64,000 nucleotides of DNA from Macrostomum lignano (taxonomy: Eukaryota), in NCBI GenBank assembly GCA_002269645.1, contig NIVC01000601.1, forward strand, positions 20,590 to 84,589. The letters are read 5' to 3'. This document shows positions 8,242 through 24,288 of this stretch, in pieces. The position numbers and the translations under genes are program-made. The notes under the pieces are model-generated. The model worked only from the letters and a program-made list of their open reading frames with translations. It made no database searches and was not told the origin of the DNA. Positions within the stretch are counted from its first letter, which is position 1; every line of letters begins with the position of its first letter.

Positions 8242-10195
8242 TCAATAAATGAAGGCGAAGTCGCGGTGGGCGAAGCCCCACCTGCCCTGCCGCATCAGCG
8301 CTGCCCGCGATCTGTTTAATTTTTCCGAGGCGAACCTGGGGTGAATGTCGAAGCTCAGCTGAGCTGCTGGCACTGTGGCGTGGAAAAATGAGCCGCAGTT
8401 CTGCCTGGAAATCCGCGGCGGCGGCGGCCTCACTTCCGGTTCCGGGATGGTAATGTTTATCAGCCTCAGCTGGGGCAGGTGCGGCCACCTGCGGTGGTTG
8501 GGGTTGCCCTGACTGACTGACTGACTGACTGACCGAATGACTGACTTACTGACTCACTCACTCACTCACTCATTCACTCACTCGCTCACTCATTCACTCA
8601 CTCACTCACTCACTCACTCAATCGCTCACTCACTCACTCACTCACTCACTCACTCACTCACTCACTCACTCACTCACTCACTCACTCACTCACTCACTCA
8701 CTCACTCACTCACTCACCACTCACTCACTCACTCACTCACTCACTCACTCACTCACTCACTCACTCACTCGCTCACTCACTCACTCACTCACTCACTCAC
8801 TCACTCGCTCACTCTCTCACTCACTCACTCACTCACTCACTCACTCACTCACTCACTCACTCACTCACTCACTCACAACCGTAACTCACTTCAGTCCGAG
8901 CGGATCGCCGTGAATCTCCATCTTCCAGCCGTGCACTTCGAGAGCCTCATTGTAGGAGTTCCCGGTCGCAGCGCTGCCGGAAGCGACTCGGGCGGCAGAC
9001 AGTCGGGCCGGGGCGGTCTTGGGCCTGCAGCAGCTGCTGGGGGACGGCGGGACCCCGGACTCAGAAGATCGGTTCTTGGCGCCATCGACTCCGCTTTGGC
9101 ATCGCTTCGGCGCTGGGCTGGTTGCCGGGGCCACAGATGAAGCTTTGTACAGCTTCTCGTCTTTCTTAGTTACTTTCTTAGTGTCTGAAGTTTCCAGATT
9201 CGAATTATTGACTTCTGCTTTGGATTCTTCTTCTTTAGTGTCAGCCACAGCCGTCTGCTTTGGTTCGCAAGACTCATACTGTTGTTGTGTTGCCAGTTTG
9301 ACCCGCGCTTCGAAAGCTTTGACATCGTCTGGAACAGAGGAAAGCTCGGCTCCGTCATCAATTCTTGGCATGGAAACACAGAGGAAACAGGGAGTTGGAG
9401 ATTGGGATGCAGGGAGATAAAGATTGGGATGCAGGGAGTTGGAGATTGGGATGCAGGGAGTTGGAGATTGGGATGCAGGGAGTTGGAGATTGGGATGCAG
9501 GGAGTTGAAGATTGGGATGCAGGGAGTTGGAGATTGGGATGCAGGGAGTGGAGATTGGGATGCAGGGAGATGAAGATTGGGATGCAGGGAGTTGAAGACT
9601 AGGATGCAGGGAGATGAAGATTGGGATGCAGGGAGTTGAAGATTGGGATGCAGGGAGTTGGAGATTGGGATGCAGGGAGTTGGAGATTGGGATGCAGGGA
9701 GTTGAAGATTGGGATGCAGGGAGTTGGAGATTGGGATGCAGGGAGTGGAGATTGGGATGCAGGGAGATGAAGATTGGGATGCAGGGAGTTGAAGATTGGG
9801 ATGCAGGGAGTTGGAGATTGGGATGCAGGGAGTTGGAGATTGGGATGCAGGGAGTTGGAGATTGGGATGCAGGGAGTTGGAGATTGGGATGCAGGGAGAT
9901 GAAGATTGGGATGCAGGGAGTTGAAGATTGGGATGCAGGGAGTTGGAGATTGGGATGCAGGGAGTTGGAGATTGGGATGCAGGGAGTTGAAGATTGGGAT
10001 GCAGGGAGTTGGAGATTGGGATGCAGGGAGTTGGAGATTGGGATGCAGGGAGATGAAGGTTGGGATGCAGGCAGAGCCAGGCTGAGAAGCTCTCAGCCGC
10101 AGAAGTGAGTCGCTCACCCAGTGTAGTGTAGGCCCTGTTGCGTGAAGGCCCGGAGCCAGAGGCTGGCGGGAATCTCCCAAACGGCGGCTCCATCA
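8242..10195 (-). CDS. Uncharacterised spliced gene, 3' exons 10195-10118, 9363-8890, 8488-8242; candidate upstream exons at ~11660-11555 and 10765-~10640
   Basis: Phase-2 GT-AG junctions join in one open frame: ...WEIPASLWLRAFTQQGLHYTG|IDDGAELSS...HGWKMEIHGDPLGLK|WPHLPQLRL...SFFHATVPAAQLSFDIHPRFASE...FIY*. AATAAA on the minus strand at 8091-8086. The 5' structure is unresolved. Confidence 0.65.
8510..8880. repeat. (TCAC)n microsatellite with short (TGAC)n; reads (GTGA)n on the transcribed strand
   Basis: Fills intron 8889-8489. Confidence 0.97.
9390..10070. repeat. ~22-bp intronic minisatellite (gggagttggagattgggatgca)
   Basis: Direct tandem array filling intron 10117-9364. Confidence 0.95.
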
Positions 10196-10794
10196 CTAAG
10201 GAGATCAATAGCTCAGCTTCCTGGGTTTCAGGCTGCAGCTGCGACACTGCCGGAATGTGGCTCTGAGCAGATGCTGCGCTTGTGTTAAGCGATGCAGATA
10301 TAGATATCTAAATCCTCTGCCTCAGGGCTGGCGTTGCCAGGGACTCAACACCTGTTGCTAGGATATCAGGCGGGGCATTGTTAGGCGGGGAGGGGTTTAA
10401 GGGGGAACTGAGGGGAGAGGAAGTGGGAGGGAGAGAGAGGGGGTAGAAAAAATGAGCAGATGGAGCAGATTGCTAAAAAAGCATCCATATAAAATTTAAT
10501 ACAAAACTGAAGCCAGAAAAATACGAGAGTAGTTATGCCTGCTTGACCTTGGGACCTGCAATGTGGCAAATTCAATTACAGCTCATGTGCTTTAGGAGAG
10601 TTATGTCGGATTTTATTCAACACTATTTTTTTACTGAATTCAAAATCGAATCTGCGCGAGTCGGGCTGGCTGAACTTTTTGCAGTTGCGCTGCGGTGTTT
10701 GCTTTGCTCTGTCCACAGAGTCTCGCCTTGTGGGAGAGCGGGGGGTCTGGCTAAACAGGCTTTGCCTGTGCGTGCAGGAGAGGTACTTTTACTA

Positions 10795-10798
10795 GACT

Positions 10799-10832
<34 letters not shown>

Positions 10833-11430
10833 TAGACAAAGACGACACACCGACTCATGGACACACACAGACTCAAGGGACAAACACAGACTCAGGGACA
10901 CGCACAGACTCAGGGACACGCACAGACTCAGGGACACACACAGACTCAGGGACACACACAGACTCAGGGACACACACACAGACTCAGGGACACGCACAGA
11001 CTCAGGGACACACACCGACTCAGGGATAAACACCGACTCAGGGACACGCACCCACTCAGGGACACACACAGACTCAGGGACACGCACAGACTCAGGGACA
11101 CACACCGACTCAGGGACAAACACCGACTCAGGGACACGCACCCACTCAGGGACACACACAGACTCAGGGACACACACAGACTCAGGGACACGCATCCACT
11201 CAGGGACACACACAGACTCAGGGACACACACCGACTCAGGGACACGCACAGACTCAGGGACACGCACCCACTCAGGGACACGCACCCACTCAGGGACACA
11301 CACAGACTCAGGGACACACACAGACTCAGGGACAAACACAGACTCAGGGACACACACAGACTCAGGGACAAACACAGACTCAGGGACACGCACAGACTCA
11401 GGGACACACACCGACTCAGGGACAAACACC
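10795..11430. repeat. (CAGA)n plus 18-bp minisatellite (gactcagggacacacaca)
   Basis: Direct tandem array. Confidence 0.95.
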
Positions 11431-11939
11431 GATATTGTCGGACAGAATGAGCATCAATTCTAAACAACATTTTGGAAATAAAGTGCAGCCACTGTTGGCT
11501 GCGGCAATCATTCAGAACAGGCAGAGTGAGACTGAACTCAGTGGCTGAACTCACAGTTCGTAGGCGAGCAACCGTTGGCATTTATTTGTACCCATGGATT
11601 TCGTTGCTAAGGGCCACTTTAGCGCAGGTTTTTGTTCCGGGAAATTCAGACTGCCAATTATGTGTCCTGCTTCCTGTGCTGCCTGCTACTTTTATCTGGC
11701 TAGAAAATGCCTGAAGAGAACAAAAGCTCTTTTGTGTTGCTGCACTGAGCTGGTGGCGTGTTCTTTCTTGTGAAATTGCATCGGGAAGACAGTTGGGAGG
11801 AAAGTATAGGATGAGTAAAGCAGCTTGCTCCGTGCCTTGGGATTCTGTGCAATATATGATGAAAGTAGTATGAACTGATTGCATGAATTGATTGATGATT
11901 ACACTGTGTTAAATCATCTAATGGCGTGTTCATGGCCGA

Positions 11940-12190
11940 GTTCCACACTCGGGATCATCGCCAAGTGCTACACTACAGTCCCCATCAGAGAGTTCTACAG
12001 TCGGGATCATCGCCGAGCTCCACAGTCGGGATCATCAGAGAGTTCTTCAGTCGGGATCATCAGAGAGTTCCACAGTCGGGATCATCAGAGAGTTCCACAG
12101 TCGGGATCAACAGAGAGTTCCACAGTCGGGATCATCGCCGAGCTCTACAGTCGGGATCATCGCCGAGCTCCACAGTCGGGATCATCGCTG
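11940..12190. repeat. ~25-bp minisatellite (cacagtcgggatcatcagagagttc)
   Basis: About 10 tandem copies. Confidence 0.9.
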
Positions 12191-12424
12191 TGTTCCAAAA
12201 TCGGAAAATAAAGAAATTTCCTAAATTTCGAGAGTATGAATCTCTATTTCTACTGGAAGTAGCGATGCAAGACTCAGTTCAATGTATTTTTTAAAAAAGA
12301 CTGACGCAATGTCTAACAATTTTTTAATTGCCTTGTTTATAACATGCTGCTGTTATGATTGTACTCTTATCAGTGTAGAATTGAGCTTAAAAGTACATCG
12401 CATCCATTAGCATGGTCCGATCAA

Positions 12425-13727
<1,303 letters not shown>

Positions 13728-14169
13728 CCTTGGTCTTTTAGATTCAATCGGTTGATAATACAGTTGCTACAGAGTGAGATTACATCAAATTAAATATAAA
13801 CTGAGTTTTAACAGAAGTGTTTTATGAGCTTTTGATAGTCCACTGCGAAACTTTTGAGTAAGTCTCTGATTGGCCACTCTGCAGCCGCGGCGGGGGTGCT
13901 CAGTCGGTCCCCCCATCATGGGAACGATCTCTCGAGCCTCTGGGTGAGACAAAGCAATTAAGTGGCCACCGTTGAGAGGGCCGAGACAGCAGGGGGTCGA
14001 TTGAGACTTGAATGATGGCTCAACTTGTGAGGTCTGAGCTTTCTCAGGCGCACCTGGTCAGTCAGATGGGCTTAGTTTCTAAGAATAGAAAGAGTTGCAA
14101 TAATTAACTCATAAATAAAGGTTTTAGCGAGATAATTGCTTGAGTAAGTTCGAACATTTTTTGACTGCA

Positions 14170-14580
14170 GGAGAAAGGAGGAGAGGAGAGGAGAGTAGAG
14201 GAGAGGAGAGGAGAGGAGAGGAGAGGAGAGGAGAGGAGAGGAGAGGAGAGGAGAGGAGAGGAGAGGAGAGGAGATGAGAGGAGAGGAGAGGAGAGGAGAG
14301 GAGAGGAGAGGAGAGGAGAGGAGGGGAGAGGAGAGGAGAGGAGAGGAGAGGAGAGGAGAGGAGAGGAGAGGAGAGGAGAGGAGAGGAGGGAGAGGAGAGG
14401 AGAGGAGAGGAGAGGAGGGGAGAGGAGAGGAGAGGAGAGGAGAGGAGAGGAGATGAGAGGAGAGGAGAGGAGAGGAGAGGAGAGGAGAGGAGAAGAGAGG
14501 AGAGGAGAGGAGAAGAGAGGAGAGGAGAGGAGAGGAGAGGAGAGGAGAGGAGAGGAGAGGAGGAGAGCAGAGCAGAGGAG
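14170..14580. repeat. (GAGAG)n microsatellite
   Basis: Direct tandem array. Confidence 0.98.
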
Positions 14581-15261
14581 AAAAGAAAGAACACAGTTGG
14601 AACTCAGGAAGCCTCAAAGTCCCGAAGTCAAATCAGTCAGTCAAGATTTTCTGAGAGGCCACCGGAATTCAGATAACTGCTCTTGCCCTGACGGAAGCCC
14701 CAGTTAAAGCTGAACAGTCATCGAACAAGCCCAACCATTTTCAATAGTTGCCAGTCAATATTCCTTCATCATTTGACTGGAAGAGAAGCTGCACACAGTT
14801 TCTAACGCTGTGCACTTTTGCCATTAAAAATGCGCGTTGAAGCCAGTTAGTTGTGTATGAAGCGGACAGTTTTAAAGTTAAGTTAACTCAAACTCCAGTT
14901 CACTCAGCTTGCATTGAGATCGCATCAAGTGAGTTTAGATGTAGGAGAAAAAGGGCAAGGGTGAGCGTGTTCCACAATGTTCCACAGTTTGCAGTCAGGG
15001 GGGAAGGGAGGGCAAACACACGAAAGCAGGCTGCTAAGCAAACTTTGCGCCCAAGGTAGCCTTACTGAGTTTGCTTACCGGGCGTGCAAGGAGCAGTCGG
15101 CTCGTGTCTCCTGTTGCTCAAAATTCAATCCCAAAATGGCAATTTGAGTCGTTATCGGCAGTGAGGCAAACCTTGTCTTCTGCGCGGGTTCGTTTGAATC
15201 TTTTATGAGGAGCTGAGTTGGCTCATTTTATTGGCATTAGGGTGGAAATGGGTGCAGAAAT

Positions 15262-17625
15262 TAGAATGGATTGCTAATCTAGCCAACATCACGGATGAAG
15301 GGATAGAATGGATTGCTAATCTAGCCAACACATCACAGATGAAGGAATAGAATGGATTGCTAATCTAGCCAACACATCACAGATGAAGGAATAGAATGGA
15401 TTGCTAATCTAGCCAACATCACAGATGAAGGGATAGAATGGATTGCTAATCTAGCCAACACATCACAGATGAAGGAATAGAATGGATTGCTAATCTAGCC
15501 AACATCACAGATGAAGGGATAGAATGGATTGCTAATCTAGCCAACACATCACAGATGAAGGAATAGAATGGATTGCTAATCTAGCCAACATCACGGATGA
15601 AGGAATAGAATGGATTGCTAATCTAGCCAACATCACGGATGAAGGGATAGAATGGATTGCTAATCTAGCCAACACATCACAGATGAAGGAATAGAATGGA
15701 TTGCTAATCTAGCCAACACATCACACATGAAGGAATAGAATGGATTGCTAATCTAGCCAACATCACACATGAAGGAATAGAATGGATTGCTAATCTAGCC
15801 AACACATCACAGATGAAGGAATAGAATGGATTGCTAATCTAGCCAACATCACACATGAAGGAATAGAATGGATTGCTAATCTAGCCAACACATCACACAT
15901 GAAGGAATAGAATGGATTGCTAATCTAGCCAACACATCACAGATGAAGGAATAGAATGGATTGCTAATCTAGCCAACATCACACATGAAGGAATAGAATG
16001 GATTGCTAATCTAGCCAACACATCACAGATGAAGGAATAGAATGGATTGCTAATCTAGCCAACACATCACAGACGAAGGAATAGAATGGATTGCTAATCT
16101 AGCCAACGCATCACAGATGAAGGAATAGAATGGATCGCTAATCTAGCCAACATCACAGATGAAGGAATAGAATGGATCGCTAATCTAGCCAACATCACAG
16201 ATGAAGGAATAGAATGGATCACTAATCTAGCCAACATCACAGATGAAGGAATAGAATGGATCGCTAATCTAGCCAACATCACAGATGAAGGAATAGAATG
16301 GATCGCTAATCTAGCCAACATCACAGATGAAGGGATAGAATGGATCGCTAATCTAGCCAACATCACAGATGAAGGAATAGAATGGATCGCTAATCTAGCC
16401 AACACATCACAGATGAAGGAATAGAATGGATGGCTAATCTAGCCAACACATCACAGATGAAGGAATAGAATGGATTGCTAATCTAGCCAACATCACAGAT
16501 GAAGGGAAAGAATGGATTGCTAATCTAGACAACACATCACAGATGAAGGAATAGAATGGATCGCTAATCTAGCCAACACATCACAGATGAAGGGATAGAA
16601 TGGATTGCTAATCTAGCCAACATCACGGATGAAGGAATAGAATGGATTGCTAATCTAGCCAACATCACGGATGAAGGGATAGAATGGATTGCTAATCTAG
16701 CCAACACATCACAGATGAAGGAATAGAATGGATTGCTAATCTAGCCAACACATCACAGATGAAGGAATAGAATGGATCGCTAATCTAGCCAACATCACAG
16801 ATGAAGGGATAGAATGGATCGCTAATCTAGCCAACATCACAGATGAAGGAATAGAATGGATCACTAATCTAGCCAACATCACAGATAAAGGAATAGAATG
16901 GATCGCTAATCTAGCCAACATCACAGATGAAGGAATAGAATGGATCGCTAATCTAGCCAACATCACAGATGAAGGAATAGAATGGATCGCTAATCTAGCC
17001 AACATCACAGATGAAGGAATAGCATGGATTGCTAATCTAGCCAACACATCACAGATGAAGGAATAGAATGGATGGCTAATCTAGCCAACACATCACAGAT
17101 GAAGGAATAGAATGGATTGCTAATCTAGCCAACACATCACACATGAAGGAATAGAATGGATTGCTAATCTAGCCAACATCACAGATGAAGGAATAGAATG
17201 GATTGCTAATCTAGCCAACATCACAGATGAAGGAATAGAATGGATTGCTAATCTAGCCAACATCACAGATGAAGGAATAGAATGGATCGCTAATCTAGCC
17301 AACATCACAGATGAAGGAATAGAATGGATTGCTAATCTAGCCAACATCACAGATGAAGGAATAGAATGGATCGCTAATCTAGCCAACATCACAGATGAAG
17401 GAATAGAATGGATCGCTAATCTAGCCAACATCACAGATGAAGGAATAGAATGGATCGCTAATCTAGCCAACATCACAGATGAAGGAATAGAATGGATCGC
17501 TAATCTAGCCAACATCACAGATGAAGGAATAGAATGGATTGCTAATCTAGCCAACACATCACAGATGAAGGAATAGAATGGATTGCTAATCTAGCCAACA
17601 CATCACAGATGAAGGAATAGAATGG
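15262..17625. repeat. 42/44-bp minisatellite (gaatggattgctaatctagccaacatcacagatgaaggaata), followed by (TCTGAA)n to ~17725
   Basis: About 55 near-identical tandem units with no unique spacers. Confidence 0.97.
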
Positions 17626-18331
17626 ATCTGAATCTGAATTTGAATCTGAATCTGAATCTGAATCTGAGTCTGAATCTGAATCTGAATCTGAATCTGAATC
17701 TGAATCTGAATCTGAATCTGAATCTGAGATCAGCTGACGTGGGAGCTCAGAGTATTAAGAGCACCTGTATTCGTTTATCATATTACGAAGCACTGTGCAA
17801 AAATATTTTAAAATGCTTGCTACAAAAAGTTGCATTTTGTGATCCTTTTAGTTTATATTGTTGAGTATTAGGTTAATAGGAAAATAAACAATAGTTTATA
17901 ACGCGGGCTTTAGAGGAGTAAAAATGCAGACCGGCAATATTAATTAGGCAAAAATAAGCAGTTACAGCTGGTGCACTACTTGAGTCAGTAGCAATAATGT
18001 ACATGCATGCTAGACTTTGTGTGAAATTACAAAAAAATGTTCTGAGGAAGAAATTAGAGGAAAAACCTGCAATAACATGTAATTTTAAACAGCTGTGCGC
18101 CGAACTGCCTACTAACTAGTAAGTAGTATTTAAAGCAGAGAGAGTTCCGCAATTTCGTATGAAAAATAAAGCATCATTTGAGTAAATGGATCTACTATCA
18201 CTAATTTGCATGCGACTGCAAATAAATATTAATATTAACTGAATGAAAAGCTAACTAAATTAACTTTCCTTTGAGCTCTCAATGTTTATTTGTACTTTTG
18301 TAAAAATAATTTACACTGAAGTCCAAGCTCT

Positions 18332-21300
18332 TCACCCGGCCGAGCTGCTGAGCACAGAGACAATCTGCTCAGTCTGCACATTGCCGTCCTGGTCCACGTC
18401 CAGCAGTGAGATGAGCTCGTCAACTTCTACCGGGTCCATCCTGTCGCCCAGATTGACCATCACCTGCCGGAGCTTGTCCACGTGAAGCTTGCCCGTCTCT
18501 TCTTCATCAAACACCTGTAGTTGAGATGGATCGAGTGAATGTACTCATAGAATGGGGCTTGGGAAGTGAGGTGGCTGCATACAGATGGGTAAGAAATGTA
18601 CGCATAGAATGGGGCTTGGGAAGTGAGGTGGCTGCATACAGATGGGTAAGAAATGTACGCATAGAATGGGGCTTGGGAAGTGAGGTGGCTGCATACAGAT
18701 GGGTAAGAAATGTACGCATAGAATGGGGCTTGGGAAGTGAGGTGGCTGCATACAGATGGGTAAGAAATGTACGCATAGAATGGGGCTTGGGAAGTGAGGT
18801 GGCTGCATACAGATGGGTAAGAAATGTACGCATAGAATGGGGCTTGGGAAGTGAGGTGGCTGCATACAGATGGGTAAGAAATGTACGCATAGAATGGGGC
18901 TTGGGAAGTGAGGTGGCTGCATACAGATGGGTAAGAAATGTACGCATAGAATGGGGCTTGGGAAGTGAGGTGGCTGCATACAGATGGGTAAGAAATGTAC
19001 GCATAGAATGGGGCTTGGGAAGTGAGGTGGCTGCATACAGATGGGTAAGAAATGTACGCATAGAATGGGGCTTGGGAAGTGAGGTGGCTGCATACAGATG
19101 GGTAAGAAATGTACGCATAGAATGGGGCTTGGGAAGTGAGGTGGCTGCATACAGATGGGTAAGAAATGTACGCATAGAATGGGGCTTGGGAAGTGAGGTG
19201 GCTGCATACAGATGGGTAAGAAATGTACGCATAGAATGGGGCTTGGGAAGTGAGGTGGCTGCATACAGATGGGTAAGAAATGTACGCATAGAATGGGGCT
19301 TGGGAAGTGAGGTGGCTGCAGACAGATGGGTAAGAAATGTACGCATAGAATGGGGCTTGGGAAGTGAGGTGGCTGCAGACAGAGGGGTAAGAAATGTACG
19401 CATAGAATGGGGCTTGGGAAGTGAGGTGGCTGCAGACAGAGGGGTAAGAAATGTACGCATAGAATGGGGCTTGGGAAGTGAGGTGGCTGCGTACAGATGG
19501 GTAAGAAATGTACGCATAGAATGGGGCTTGGGAAGTGAGGTGGCTGCAGACAGAGGGGTAAGAAATGTACGCATAGAATGGGGCTTGGAGAGTGAGGTAG
19601 CTGCAGACAGAGGGTAAGAATTGTACAAATAGAATGGGGCGAAAGGGCTAGTGTAGTGAAGGTCCGCCATAGCTTAATCACGTGGTACAATGGTACAATA
19701 AATTATAGAAATTGTCCCTTTGATGCAGCCAGACGATGTTGTGATGTGGGAAACAGGATTGTCGATGAAGCAACCTGATGAAGGATTAGCTCACACGAGG
19801 ACATCACAAGGACTCAGACGTTAAGAGACTCAGTAGTGCTCATCGATTTTTTGTCTATATATACCCTCCCTTTGTCTACCTGTCCATTGCAAAAAACAGC
19901 AACTTGTCCTGTTTTCCTGTCATTAAACTTCTGTGTAATATTTAGACACTTTCTGTTGCGTTTGCGTCAAATTAAAACCTGTCCAGAGGAGGCTGGAGGG
20001 CTCAAGTGATGGGCAGAGTGAGCACGTGGCTGAATTTGCCACGGATGCTGACGTAAAAAAACAGTATTCATAAAGAGAAGTGAAACAAAAGGGGTCTATA
20101 TTCTACAATATCACCTTCATCATAGCAGTCTCCTTGCTGCATCCAAAGCAGCAGGTAATTAATGCTTGTTGTGGAGATGCTGTTAGAGCGCAGAGTGCAT
20201 TCAGCTGATGTCAGTTTTGCGTTAATTAGCTTAAATAAAACTAATAAAAGCCAGCCCTTTCTTCCACTGAAAAGCTCAATTGTACTTTTTAATTATTAAC
20301 ATATGAACTTTTGGCACAAGTAGGCTAAATGACAAGTGCACAAAAATACTAGAACTTAACTGGTGAATCTGGGGAGCTGAGGACTGAGAAACTGGGGAGC
20401 TGCGGACTGAGAAACTGAGGATCTGAGGACTGAGAAACTGGGGAGCTGAGGACTGAGAAACTGGGGAGCTGAGGACTTGAGAAACTGAGGATCTGAGGAC
20501 TGAGAAACTGGGGAGCTGAGGACTGAGAAACTGGGGAGCTGAGGACTGAGAAACTGGGGAGCTGAGGACTGAGAAACTGAGGATCTGAGGACTTGAGAAA
20601 CTGAGGATCTGAGGACTGAGAAACTGGGGAGCTGAGGACTGAGAAACTGGGGAGCTGAGGACTGAGAAACTGAGGATCTGAGGACTTGAGAAACTGAGGA
20701 TCTGAGGACTGAGAAACTGAGGATCTGAGGACTTGAGAAACTGAGGATCTGAGGACTGAGAAACTGGGGAGCTGAGGACTGAGAAACTGGGCAGCTGAGG
20801 ACTGAGAAACTGAGAATCTGAGGACTTGAGAAACTGAGGATCTGAGGACTTGAGAAACTGCATGGGGAGCTGAGGACTGACAAACTGGGGAGCTGAGGAC
20901 TGAGGGGCTGGGGATCTGAGGACTGAGGGGCTGGGGATCTGAGGACTGAGGGGCTGGGGATCTGAGGACTGAGGGGCTGGGGATCTGAGGACTGAGGGGC
21001 TGGGGATCTGAGGACTGAGGGGCTGGGGATCTGAGGACTGAGGGGCTGGGGATCTGAGGACTGAGGGGCTGGGGATCTGAGGACTGAGGGCTGGGGATCT
21101 GAGGACTGAGGGGCTGGGGATCTGAGGACTGAGGGGCTGGGGATCTGAGGACTGAGGGCTGGGGATCTGAGGACTGAGGGGCTGGGGAACTGGGGACTGA
21201 GGGCTGGGGATCTGAGGACTGAGGGGCTGGGGATCTGAGGACTGAGGGGCTGGGGATTTGAGGACTGAGGGGCTAGGGATCTGAGGACTGAGGGGCTGGG

Positions 21301-21766
21301 GATCTGGGGACTGAGGGGCTGGAGATCTGAGGACTGAGGGGCTGGGGATCTGGGGACTGAGGGGCTAGGGATCTGAGGACTGAGGGGCTGGGGATCTGAG
21401 GACTGAGGGGCTGGGGAACTGAGAGGAATTCAGCCACTGAACAGCGGGAGTAGACGCCATCAGCAATCGAATTTTTACCTTCAAGGCCTCCCGAATCTGG
21501 CCGCTTGACTCTCCATCGTTCATCTTCATCATCATGAGGATGGTGAACTCGGAGAAGTCCAGCTCCCCGTTCCCGTCGACGTCCACCTGTTCGATGAGCC
21601 GCTTGATCTCCTCGTCCGACGGGTTCTGGCCGAGCGAGCGCATGACGTCGCCCAGCTCGTTGGCGGAGATGGTGCCGCCTCCGTCTCTGTCGAACAGCAG
21701 GAAGGCCTCGTGCAGCTCAGCGATCTCCTCCTCGGACAGGTCGATCTGTTGCTGGTGCTCCGACAT
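18332..21766 (-). CDS. Calmodulin-like EF-hand protein (156 aa); exons 21766-21479 and 18514-18332
   Basis: [45 protein letters not shown]...[13 protein letters not shown]...IREALK|[10 protein letters not shown]...[28 protein letters not shown]. Phase-0 GT-AG intron; AATAAA on the minus strand at 18290-18285. Confidence 0.92.
18540..19640. repeat. 57-bp intronic minisatellite, ~19 copies
   Basis: Unit gaatggggcttgggaagtgaggtggctgcatacagatgggtaagaaatgtacgcata. Confidence 0.97.
20370..21420. repeat. Compound G-rich intronic minisatellite (gaggactgagaaactggggagct, then gaggactgaggggctggggatct)
   Basis: Two related ~23-bp arrays in tandem. Confidence 0.95.
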
Positions 21767-22384
21767 GCTGCCGGCTGATTTGCAAGCAACAGGTTTCGGG
21801 TATTTTTAGTCCTGCTTGCAGCTTCTAAACTGCTGCTGGTGCTGCTGCAGAAAATTAATTTAGAGCAGAGAAAAGGAGAGGGAGAGAGAGGAACAGGAGA
21901 GAGAGAGCGGGGGGACTCAATGCGTTTGTCTTCCCCCCCTCAAGCTTAACGAGTGGAGAACAAGAGGGGAGCAGAGAGCGGCGGAGGGAGGTGGCGGCCT
22001 AAGGCACCAGAATGGATTACAGCCGGTCATTGGCCACTTGTGCGATGGGCCTGATGTGCCTCCAGAGCTTCCTTTGCCAAACTGTCTGGGCTGGGGAAGC
22101 CGCCCTCTCATTGGCCACTTCACACCGGCCTGGGGTGGCTGACTCTGGACTCAAACTGCCTGCACTGCAGTCTGCAGAGCCATGGCAGCCGGGGGCACGG
22201 AAAGAAAAACAATAGAGAAAGCGGGGGGAAGACGCGCTGCCACCCTCTTCACAGAGCGCTCTTTGGCCTTGCCTTCCCCTTCGGGTTTTTCCTGCGCGTC
22301 TGGCCTCAAGCTGCAACAGCGCAGGTGGAAGGCAATGATTGAACAAGGAATAGTTTAATGAATAGATAATGAAATGAATAGGTA

Positions 22385-23187
<803 letters not shown>

Positions 23188-24143
23188 GTACATGTACGAG
23201 CTAAATGCTCCAGTGAAGCTCCAGTGCACCAGCTTTCTGCTCCGGTCAGCCTGGCTGAGTTCCCCAGATAATGCCAAGTTGATTGACTGCCTGGAAGAGC
23301 AGCTTGCCGCTTCCCCAGACTCAATTATTCCTCATCAGAACGAAGGAGAAAAGTTTAGCAGCTCTGCCAGCCGGATATGGCTTGATATCGGCTTTCTTAG
23401 GATGCAGTTTGCTTTCACTTTACTTATAAGCTTCCGCAAAGTCAAGTATAATTGGCAATTGCCAAGTAGAAACTGTTTTGAGCTTTCTTTGACCTTCATT
23501 TCTTTATTTGCCTTCTATTTCCTCTTCCGCTCTTCTCTCCGCCATCTCTTCTTCCACTCTTCTCTGCTTCATCTTCTCTTCATGTCTCCTCCTTTTCCTC
23601 TTTCTATTATTAAAAAAAACTTGACTGAAGCAGATGAAGCCATGCTGTTCTCCTCGCATTTATGACACTTTGCCGACACACTTTGCCAAGGACACTACAC
23701 CAGTACTGCTTGCTGTTCACAATCTGGTCAAAAAGTATTTGAAAGTTGTTTCCGCTCGATATCTATAAGCCCAACGTTGAATTCTTCTTTTAAATTTATG
23801 CAATTTTTCTGTGGAATCATTTTTATTCATGAATTCCTCCCTCCCTACTCGAGGCAAAAAGTGCAGCCAAAGTGGCCCAGAAGACCTAGCTCATGAATAG
23901 TCATTGCACGGGCAGAACGCACAATATTAGCTGTTTTGCTACCGCGGCAATAAATATATTGTCCCTCGAAAGACAGACATCAAAGAGACGAAAAGGATTT
24001 TAGCCCATGGCACTATAGCACTGGCAATATGGGATTTTATCGATTGGCGTCCCGCCCAATTTGCTTCTGACCCGTGGGATTTGCATGCCAAATGCAGTCT
24101 TGTTTTTCGCTGCTTTTATAGGATTCCCGCGAATCAGAGGGGC

Positions 24144-24191
24144 ATGTCGCTGCTCAGGTGGTCCGCAACACTAAATTCTGTGTATGTGAGA

Positions 24192-24288
<97 letters not shown>

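Noticed and set aside
13860-15250. Moderately GC-rich stretches that might be extra exons
   Set aside because: No consistent open frame with compatible splice sites was found.
15262-17625. 42/44-bp array with a small internal palindrome (GCTA-atc-TAGC), superficially CRISPR-like
   Set aside because: There are no unique spacers and no cas genes, and the context is eukaryotic. It is a plain minisatellite.
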